Shown here piece by piece: positions 53,726 to 64,000 of a stretch of 64,000 bases of DNA. A program made the translations under genes and the position numbers. The notes under the pieces were generated by a model that was given only the letters and a program-made list of their open reading frames with translations, ran no database searches and was not told the DNA's origin. The stretch is from Octopus sinensis (Eukaryota): positions 12,090,001 through 12,154,000 of the forward strand of contig NC_043014.1 of assembly GCF_006345805.1 (NCBI RefSeq), read 5' to 3'. Each line of letters opens with the position of its first letter. Positions within the stretch are counted from its first letter, which is position 1.

Positions 53726-54307
53726 TATATATATAAACATATTTATATGCATATATATTTATATATGGACAACTGATGAAGGGATTGTTCTTTATGTTCC
53801 TGTCTTGCTTTTCTATTTGTTTCTTTTGTTGTTCAAAAAAGTTCGTCTTCCACGTTTTTGTCATTCATGCTCTCGTTTTTAATGTTGCTTACGTTTTTTT
53901 TGACGTCCCGTACCCACATATGCATATGTATATACATATATATGTATGTACATGTATGTATGTATATATGCATATATATATATATATATTTATATATATA
54001 AAATATATATATATATATATATCTATTATTTATATTATATTATATACATATACATAACAGATATACAAATATATAAATACATATATATGTGTGTGCACTG
54101 TATGTTGTATTTATACATGTATATATACATATATATATTTATATATGTATATTATATACTATATATATGTGTGTGTGTGTTTGTATGTTGTGTGTGTGTG
54201 TGTCTGTATATATGCATATATATTGTATATATATATACATATATACATATACATAAGTGTATATATACATCAATACTTATATATTCGTATATATATATAT
54301 ATATATA

Positions 54308-54345
<38 letters not shown>

Positions 54346-54883
54346 CATACATATAGAATTACACACGCACACGAATGTTTATATGCTTGTGTGCTTATAT
54401 ACAGTTGAGACACAATGAGAGTAAGGGGTGAGTGTGAGGTGGTGAGCGTGTGAGGGAAACGGAGAAAGAAAGGAACAAGAAATAAAGCATGTAGGAAAGC
54501 GAGTGTGTAGAGAGAGAGAGGTAGAGATTTAATAACTACATGAATCGTGTCAAGAGATATCAGTAAACAGACGACATATTGTAAACTGCTTTTATACGTC
54601 AAAATTCTCTCGCGTTCCATTTTATTCAAAATTGATGTCTTCACTTTCTAAAGGAATTGGCAGAAGAAAATAAGCGGAAAAAAACATCTTACATAATATT
54701 GTTATTATATTATGTTTATTGTTTGTTAATTTTCATCTTTTACGTGTATACATATATACATACATGCATACATACCTACATACATGCATGCCACATTTAC
54801 ATACACACATATATACTTATACATGCATGTATAGTTTGTGTGTTTCTAGTAAATATGCATACGTACATATATATAATATATAT

Positions 54884-54925
<42 letters not shown>

Positions 54926-54963
54926 CATACATACATATTTTTGCATATAATACATATATTACC

Positions 54964-55038
<75 letters not shown>

Positions 55039-55262
55039 GTGTCTTTTTAAAGAAGAACAGTGTTGCCAGTAAGTTCGAAGTTTCGGCCTTCTTACCTTTC
55101 ATAGGCCTAGGCCAAAAATTCGAAGTCACTGTCTCCACTATGTTTTGTTAAAGAATAACACATACTCTACAAACAGTATTAAGCACTTCTTGACTTTGAT
55201 GCAAAACGTTTTTAACTATTATTTCAACATAAAAGCTATATTCATACATACATACATACATA

Positions 55263-55302
<40 letters not shown>

Positions 55303-55320
55303 TATATATATATATATATA

Positions 55321-55359
<39 letters not shown>

Positions 55360-55409
55360 TTATATATAAGTATGTATATGGCTGTATATATATATAATAT
55401 AAACTTAGA

Positions 55410-55660
55410 TAAAACTTAGATATGTTTCGAACAAAGATTGGTCCAGGCCATGTCTAACTTAATAGCACCACCTGATAGGATTATCTGAATCCTGTTTAAG
55501 TCAAGTTTTGTTTATGGTCCATTCAAGTAGTGAGTTTTTGTTGGGTGAGTTGTATCCAATTATGGGTGGCTTATCTGGTATTCCTTGAAAGAATCTATCC
55601 AGACTCCGTTTAAAGTTGATGGGATCCTTTTCCTCTTTGATCTCTTTCGGGACAATGTTA
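55410..55660 (-). mobile_element. CR1/L2-type LINE 3' end
   Basis: FNIVPKEIKEEKDPINFKRSLDRFFQGIPDKP...NKNSLLEW resembles the C-terminus of this LINE group. Confidence 0.65.
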
Positions 55661-56539
55661 AATATTATATACATATACATACATACATATATTTATATGT
55701 GTGTCCATGCGTACATGTACATTATATGCCTATAAGTATACATAACTACAGGCATACAGATGTATATACCTATATTCACTTATATGTATAATTAGTATGT
55801 ACAAAGTAGCAAAGCATACCGAATAAGGAAGTCATGTAATTTGAATCACTTAATTCAGATGAGGTGCAGCAACAAAATATACAATAGCGACAGCAACAGC
55901 AAGAACCAGATCAATATTGATGACATTCTTTGGCTTTACAAACAGGATATTTTGAATCTTTCCTGCTAGGCTAAATAAAGCGGAAGTTGCAATTTTACGG
56001 TTGTAATTTCAGTTTGTTTTACTTGTTTATTCCTCCTAATGGTTTCGATTATTGACTTAACTGTAGTTTTGATCTGCGTAGTGAACGAATGAGGTAAAGT
56101 TAAAGCGAACGAACTATGATCGTAGATCAAAGATGGCTGACGCTAAATTCTGTCGTGCGTCTGAGCCTCAATCCTGCTGCTCTTTTCCATCGGTTGTTGT
56201 TGTTGCTCTTACCGCTGCTTCTGTTCTTGCTGTTGTGTTGTTGTTGTTGTTGTTGCTATTGTTGCTGTTGTTGTTGTTGTTGCCGTTGTTGCTTGTGCTG
56301 TTCTACTGCTGCTGCTGCTACTACTACCACTACTACTACCACTACTACTACTACTACTACTACCACTACCACTACTACTACTACCTACTACTACTACTAC
56401 CACTGCTACTGTTGCTGCTACTACTACTTCTACTACTATTACCACTGCTACTGTTGCTGCTACTACTACTTCTACTATTACTACCACCACTGGTGCTGGT
56501 GCTACTACTATTCACAACCAAAGCCCGGATTTTAGGGAA

Positions 56540-56895
56540 AAGTTAGAATAGATTATTATTTTATTGTTCCCTGAAGGATGAAAGCAAAGTCAGCAGGATT
56601 TGAACCCAGAATGTAAAATGCCGACGTAGATAGAGACCAAAAGATGATCTTCCGGTTCACTTGTAATTCTGCCCTTCTACTCGAGTTGAAAGATTCGTTA
56701 GAATGCTGGGCAAAATGCTTAACAGCATTTCGTCCGTCTTTACGTTCTGAGTTCAAATTCCGCTGAGGTCGACTTTGCCTTTCATCCCTTCGGGGACGAT
56801 AAAATAAGTACTAGTTGAGTACTGGGATCTATCTAACCTTCTAGGCCCCTCCCCAAAACTTTCAGGCGTTGTGCCTTTAGTAGAAAGGATTATTA
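56540..56895. mobile_element. Two divergent family B SINE copies
   Basis: Minus copy ~56540-56700 and plus copy ~56695-56895. Confidence 0.75.
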
Positions 56896-56898
56896 TTA

Positions 56899-56956
<58 letters not shown>

Positions 56957-58323
56957 ACTTAGCGGAGAAGGATGTCTCTATGATATAATATACGACCAAT
57001 GTGAAATACAGCAAAATTCCCTCAAATCACACCTTATCACCTAAAAAGGGGTGGATACATTGTACAATGTCGTCCTTTTCTTGTTTCTGTCGAGCCCTAG
57101 GATTCATAGAGCCAGTTACCCGGTTTCTACGGCGTATAAGTGAGTGAGATCATAACAGTACTCTCTGAAAGAGACACCAAGTCCGTTGTAGGTTTTCAAT
57201 ACCAATAATTTAAAATTGGTTTCTAGAAGGAAGTGATGCATTAGAGACTTGTTTCACCTTCGCCGTGGGTTAGTCTGATATTGCAGTGGAATGTCATGGC
57301 TGGAATGTCATTGATCATATGTGTCTCATTATTCGGATGTACCACGAGGAGAGGAGGGGGATAAACAATAACAACAACAACAACAATAACAACAACGCTA
57401 ATAATGATAATGATTAGTACTCATCTGCTTAAGGACGGTTTATTAGCAGGATTTTAAATGCGTCGGACAAAATCCCTTGTGGCATTTGTCCTCTTTCTTC
57501 TTGTTCTGAGTTCAAATCTCACTGAGGTTAACTTTGTTATCCTTGCTTCTGGGGTTGATGAAATTAAGTACCAGTCAAGTATCGACAGTTGATTTATGTA
57601 ATCGATTAGCAGTGTATACATTAAAGAGCAAATTAGCGCCAAACTTGACGGCTTTGATGAGAGGTGAGGTGGTCACATAATGGCTGGAGTACACTAACGA
57701 TAAATCAGTATTAACTACTTGCAACCCATCTTCTTGTCACGCTTTTCTTGTCTATCTGTTTATCTATCAATCTATTTCTCTCTCTCTCCTTCTCTCTCTC
57801 TCTCTCTCTCTCTCTTTCTATCTATCTATCTATCTATCTATCTTTCCCTATATACCACTCACTCTCTCTAAAAACGGATCTCATTAGAAGGAATAACGCA
57901 GCAAACTGCTTCGTGCATTTTTGAGGAAGCGAATCGCAATTTTTGGCTCTAGGGGGAACTCCAAGTACGACCTTAAAGGAACGTAACTAGATACGCAATA
58001 CCCAGCGCTTATAACACTCGTTTCTACACTGACAAATGCTATTGATGACTTCTACAAGTATACACCGTTACAAATTTACTGCTGCCAGCCAATACGATAA
58101 TTATATTTTGATATAACTATCGTATTTAACACAATGTCTTGAAGAAACTCGAGCTGCCTCTCGTGAAAACCGTGGTTTGCAGGAAATTTTTGTTGGAAAA
58201 TGCTGCATTAGATCATCTATATAGTGGACCTTAGATACCTTGAGGAAGATGGGTCGCAGTCGAAATACGCTTGGTCATAGGTCTGCTCAATCAAACTTCA
58301 ACAGGTGGGCCAACGACAAACAT

Positions 58324-58362
<39 letters not shown>

Positions 58363-59204
58363 AGATACTTACTGGTGAGGATGATGACGATGGGGATGAT
58401 GACGGCGACGACGATGGTGGGAGTGGGGTGATGATGATGCTGATGATGATAAACATAGCTATATGACCAAACTTTTGGAAGTGGGAACAGACGATTATTT
58501 TGCCACACTCCCGCCCCTCAGTACTTGACCGGTATTTTATCTTATCGACCCAGGAAGGATGAAAGGCAAGGTTTACTTTGGTGGACTTGAACTCATAACG
58601 CAAAAATTTACATTTAAATACTGCCGTGGTAATTCTCTTCGTCACACAATCAATTCCTACAACCCATGGTTAATATTGTGGAAGTTATAGTAAGTAGTAA
58701 GTAAGCTGGCATAACAGGATTATTAAGCTGTGTTTGGCGTGTTTTGATATTTGTTTAACATGCAGCATTATGGCAAACACAAGACACCAGGATCTCTTTC
58801 GTACAAGTCATTTACAAGTTAGCTTAAGTCAAAATGCAGATCAACAACCAGAAACGTTACAGCAAGATTAACGGTAGGGGCAGGGCAGGTTTTAAAGAAG
58901 AAAACATTCTGTAAATTGTATTAAATGCAATGATAATAATAATCGGGTACACGGGTGCGGAGGGATGCAAAGATGTGAGGGACTCAAAAAATGAAAAACA
59001 AAAATAATTAAACGAAAATAAATATTGTAAAATAATAAACATATGACAAATATGATTGAACAATTTAGTAAATAAATGGAATGAAAGTATTTGGTGCGCA
59101 TGCGCGAGAGTGCGCGCGCGTGTGTGTTTGTGTTTGTGAGTGAGCGTGTGTATGTGTGTGTGTGTGTGTGTGTGTAAATATATATATATATTATTGTTTT
59201 TTAA

Positions 59205-59598
59205 TCTTTTACTTGTTTCAGTCATTTGACTGCGGCCATCCTGGAGCACCGCCTTTAATCGAACAAATCGACCCCAGGAATTATTCTTTGTAAGCCTAGT
59301 ACTTATTCTATCGATCTCTTTTGCCGAACCGCTAAGTTATGGGGACGTAAACACACCAGCATCGGTTGTCAAGCGATGTTGGGGGGAGGAAAAACAAAAC
59401 ACAGACACACAAACAAATACACACACATACATATATACATATACGACGGGTTTCTTTCAGTTTCCGTCTACCAAATCCACTCACAAGGCTATGGTTGCCT
59501 CGAGGCTATAGTAGAAGACATTTGCCCAAGGGGCCACGCAGTAGGACTAAACCCGAGACCATGTGGTTGGTAAGCAAGCTACTTACCACACAGCCATT
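59205..59598 (-). mobile_element. SINE family A
   Basis: Full-length reverse copy. Confidence 0.9.
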
Positions 59599-59628
59599 CA
59601 TATATATATTATTATATATATACATATT

Positions 59629-59682
<54 letters not shown>

Positions 59683-59990
59683 TATATATATATATTAAAA
59701 TATGTTTAAATGATTTTAATTAATTTTAATGTACATTAGTTTATTATACGTTATAGCAAGGCTTTAAAATGAATATATTATTAGATTAGTATTTTGGATA
59801 TAACTTTCCGTGTGTACTCCAGAAAATAAGGTGTCCTGAATTGAAGTTGTGGTCCTATTGGTAAATCCCAAATTTTTAATAATATATATATGTATTATAT
59901 TATATTATTATTATATTATATATATATTATCTATATTATATATATATATATATAGATATATATATATATATATATAATCTATATATACAT

Positions 59991-60511
59991 ACATCGCAAT
60001 CGTGAGATAGCGGTTTCAATTCCTAGACTGCGTGCGTTGTGTTCTTCATTTTACGCTGTCCTGGCAATCACATCGATACCTGACATGTGGCACACGTGCA
60101 CCTGTTCGGCCAACGTTGATTTGATGAAGAGAGTAAGCTAATGTATGCCACGTACATTTGATCCAAACCATAACTCATTCGTGGAGGTCGTTCGGCAAAA
60201 AACCTGTCACTCATACGTCGTTTTCGATGTGGGAGTCCATCACACACTCATCACAACACACATATCTCTTTTACTCCTTTACTTGTTTCAGTCATTTGAC
60301 TGCGGCCATGCCTGGAGCACCACCTTTAGTCCAGCAAATCGCCCCCAAGACTTATTCTTTGTAAGCCTAGGAATTATTGTATCGTCTCTTTTGCCGAACC
60401 CCTAAGTTACGGGGACGAAAACATACCAAATCGGTTGTCAGCGATGTGGGGGATAACACAAACACACAAACATATACCCACACATACAACACACACACAC
60501 ACACACAGCAC

Positions 60512-60544
<33 letters not shown>

Positions 60545-61041
60545 CATACATCGTCAATCGTGGAGATAGCGGTTTCAATTCCTAGACTGCGTGCGTTGTG
60601 TTCTTCATTTTACGCTGTCCTGCAATCACATCGATACCTGACATGTGGCACACCGTGCACCTGTTCGGCCAACGTTGATTTGATGAAGAGAGTAAGCTAA
60701 TGTATGCCACGTACATTTGATCCAAACCATAACTCATTCGTGGAGGTCGTTCGGCAAAAAACCTGTCCACTCATACGTCGTTTTCGATGTGGGAGTCCAT
60801 CACACACTCACACACACATATCTCTTTTACTCCTTTACTTGTTTCAGTCATTTGACTGCGGCCATGCTGGAGCACCACCTTTAGTCAAGCAAATCGCCCC
60901 CAAGACTTATTCTTTGTAAGCCTAGGAATTATTGTATCGGTCTCTTTTGCCGAACCCCTAAGTTACGGGGACGAAAACATACCAACATCGGTTGTCAGGC
61001 GATGTTGGGGGATAAACACAAACACACAAACATATACACAC

Positions 61042-61077
<36 letters not shown>

Positions 61078-61100
61078 CACACATACATATATATATATAT
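59991..61100. repeat. ~558-bp tandem duplication of SINE fragments (possible assembly artefact)
   Basis: The copies differ mainly by 1-bp indels. The second copy continues into a complete family A SINE ending ~61280. Confidence 0.85.
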
Positions 61101-61673
61101 ATATACACACACATATATACGACGAGTTTCTTTCAGTTTCCGTCTACCACATCCATTCACAAGGCTTTGGTGAGCCTGAAGCTATAGTAGAAGACACTTG
61201 CCCAAGGTGCCACGCAGTGGTACTGAACCCGGAACCATGTGGTTGGCAAGCAAGCAAGCTACTTACCACACAGCCACTATATATATATACACACACACAT
61301 AAGACTGGCTTGCAAACAATTTCCGTCAACTTTAATTAAATACAATATCTGAGATTTTCTTTATATTTATCTTTTCTTCTTTTTGTATACCTAAAACACG
61401 TATTCTAGTAGCAAGTACAGTGTGGAAAATTTTACCCATAATTACACACACACACGCACACACACACACACACACACACGAATAACCGAGGAAAATTAGT
61501 TTTCATTTTTCCGTTGTCGATAGATTAAGTAGTGTTCTTCCCCAAATACTGGAGACGAAATAGTTTACTGCGGCCAGTGTGACAACATTCCAATGATTGA
61601 TACCAATAAAAGAGAAAAAAAATGCAGTAAAATAAAAGATATATTTATCAGTGTGAGAGCGAGACAGTGTATG

Positions 61674-61707
<34 letters not shown>

Positions 61708-61784
61708 TGTATGTATGTATGTATGTATGTATGTGTGTGTGTGTGTGTACGGATGGAGGAATGTTTGTGCGTGTATATATGTAC

Positions 61785-61880
61785 CTTTTTCACAATGCTT
61801 GCCGTAGTAACCCTCAGGACAGGCACATTTTTCAGGAGATATACAGGTCCCATTATTTTCACATTTCGGATAACACATAG
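61785..61880 (-). CDS. WIF1: EGF-like exon (EGF2-equivalent) of a WIF1/Shifted-like gene
   Basis: 96-bp phase 1-1 exon with acceptor ttattcttcag and donor gtacat. Encodes xMCYPKCENNGTCISPEKCACPEGYYGKHCEK (6-Cys EGF spacing). Resembles recalled Shifted EGF2 AFCFPQCLNGGNCTAPSVCTCPEGYQGTQCEG. Confidence 0.9.
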
Positions 61881-62159
61881 CTGAAGAATAAAAAAGAAAT
61901 TAAAATAAATAACATTTTAAATAAATAATCTTTCTGGAAAATATACATTTAAAATAAATAATTATAATAAATCTCCTTCGTAGTCAGTGTCCGCCAGGGT
62001 ATATCCCATGTTTGAAAAGCTGTGTGAATTAGAAAATGATTCAACGGAACTATTGACAAACGTCCAGGCGTTATATCTACGAAAGAGTGTATCCTTCCAC
62101 TACGGAATGAGAGATTGTTCTATGAAATCATTTAAAAGCCAATATCTATAATGGTAAAG

Positions 62160-62470
62160 ACGTCCTTCGCTTATGAAGCACCATCCAATTGCACCTCGAA
62201 AGTTATTTTCCGAAACACAAGTCCAGGCAAGGTTGTTTATGGAAGACCAGCAGTCGCCCATGCATACCGGCCACCCCTCTCCACACCACCGATGTTGTCC
62301 AGGGGAAAGGCAAAGGGGCTGATACAGCAAGGCAACAGTGACGTCGCAACTCATTTCTACAGCTGAATGAACTGGAGCAACGTGAAATAAAGTGTCTTGC
62401 TCAAGAACACAACACGCAGCCCGGTCCGGGAATCGAATTCACTATCTCATGATTGTGAGCTCGATGCTCA
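62160..62470 (-). mobile_element. SINE family D
   Basis: Reverse relative of 18706-19021. Confidence 0.8.
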
Positions 62471-62495
62471 CAAAGAATATTCACCTCAAAGAATA

Positions 62496-62713
62496 CAGTA
62501 ATTCCTCACCATATCGCGGTTCACACTATCCCGGTTTATTATTTAAGCTTACGTCGATTCCTCTGTGGTAGTGTTTTGCATTTATAATAAAATAAATATA
62601 TACAAATTATAAAAATAATTTTTAAAAATATACATTACAGTACAGTTTCTACTTCATAGATTTTTACCAATCGCGTGGTGTTTGGAACACCCGCGATAGT
62701 CGAGGGATTACTG
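62496..62713. mobile_element. Tc1/mariner-pogo type MITE
   Basis: TA|CAGTAATTCCTC..ATCGCGG ... CCGCGATAGTCGAGGGATTACTG|TA. Confidence 0.85.
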
Positions 62714-63353
62714 TATATCGAAAACGGCTTATGAATTTAGTAGCTACAACTAAAATATTGATTTCAAATTTTAGCTCAAGTCCAGCATTTTCGGAGAAGC
62801 GGGTAAGTCGATTACATCGACACCAGTGCTCAACAGGCACTTATTTCATCAACCCCGAAAGAACGAAAGGTAAAGTCGATCCAGGGGAAATTTTAACTCA
62901 GAACCTAACGACAGACATAAAATGTTTATCTCAAGTTATATCATACTGATGATTTCCGAAAAGAATAAAATAGTGCTATACATGATTATAACTAACAAGA
63001 AATTTTAGGAAGTTCGTAATAATTCAGCAACAAAAGAATTTAATATATATATATTATGCATCTTTTCCGTCATTCATAAATTTCAAAGTTCAACTTCTAT
63101 TTCCACCAAATATTGTTTCAAATTTTGGTATGAGGACAAATTTTGGTGTAAGGGAAAATCGATTACATAGACCCTAGTACTTGATTGGTGCATATTTTAT
63201 CAACCTGGAAAGACAAGGTCGACCTCTGAAACAGGGTTCAATTGGTCTTATTATACTTCAAATATTCAACAATTAGAAAACAAGAATATTGAATTCCTTA
63301 AGAAATTATCATTAGGGAGCCTAGAAAATGAGATGCTTTGATATTCATGTCTC

Positions 63354-63768
63354 GGATCTTTTCGGTTTGAACGGTAGTTTTTTCTAGCGGTGTCATATGA
63401 AATTTTCTCCCATAATTATGACCCTAGTATCGATCTATTGCATTTCAATCTGATTTAGAGTTAGGGTTAGGGGTGGGGGAGGGGTATCTTTTTTCTTCAC
63501 AAATGTAAATAAACCCAATCTGTTTCTTAAACGAGGGACATATTCATACGACACAGAATGTTTTTTATCTCAATAGACGTCACTGATTGGTTGAAATTGA
63601 AGAAATTGAAGAAAAAAAACAACAAATATCTTACAAACCATAGAATTTTCTCAATAAAGCCAAGAGAAAAAGATGTTTTATAAACACATTCTACCAGTAT
63701 ACGAAGTTTAACATTTTTTATTTACCTAGAAATTATGTGAAAAACTGCCGTTCAAACCGAAAAGATCT
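63354..63768. mobile_element. MITE with ~29-bp TIRs and 8-bp TSD
   Basis: TIR GATCTTTTCGGTTTGAACGGYAGTTTTT; TSD CATGTCTC at 63346-63353 and 63769-63776. Confidence 0.92.
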
Positions 63769-64000
63769 CATGTCTCTCTCAAGAACATAGGAATTAAAAT
63801 GAAGAAAGAATTAGTCACTTGGAAGTTGTTCCCATTACTTCTTCATGTCAAGCAACTCGTCACCAAAACAAAAACAAATCTGTGAACAGTCGTTGATAAG
63901 ATTTTGATGAGGATCTTCTGAAAATCTATCAGAAGGAGAAGCAAAACAGGGATTGCTTTGTCTGCGCTCTCAAGACAAAAAGTCTACTTTGAAAATCATC

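Noticed and set aside
1317-61884. Most ORFs in the supplied track (poly-I/Y/L/T/H, CVCV, IYIY)
   Set aside because: They are translations of di- and trinucleotide microsatellites or SINE bodies, with no domain signal.

Overview
AT-rich, microsatellite-saturated animal DNA, most likely an octopus (inferred from the SINE families and repeat landscape). Almost every ORF in the supplied track is a microsatellite or SINE artefact. The real gene is three phase-1 EGF exons on the minus strand (61785-61880, 24391-24486, 20210-20308). They splice in frame across 37.3-kb and 4.1-kb introns into three consecutive EGF repeats resembling EGF2-4 of WIF1/Drosophila Shifted. The rest is intronic or downstream repeat DNA: several modular tRNA-derived SINE families, R4/Dong-, CR1/L2- and RTE-like LINE remnants, a dead mariner carrying a nested non-autonomous Helitron, MITEs, long palindromes and a 257-bp tandem repeat. 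Three observations stand out. (1) There are several Penelope-type minimal hammerhead ribozyme motifs, mostly on the host gene's sense strand. (2) One of them forms the 3' part of a tRNA-headed SINE. (3) One SINE family appears to insert repeatedly into a fixed site inside older copies of its own family. All alignments and folds were done by eye. Family names rest on recalled consensus sequences, not database searches.
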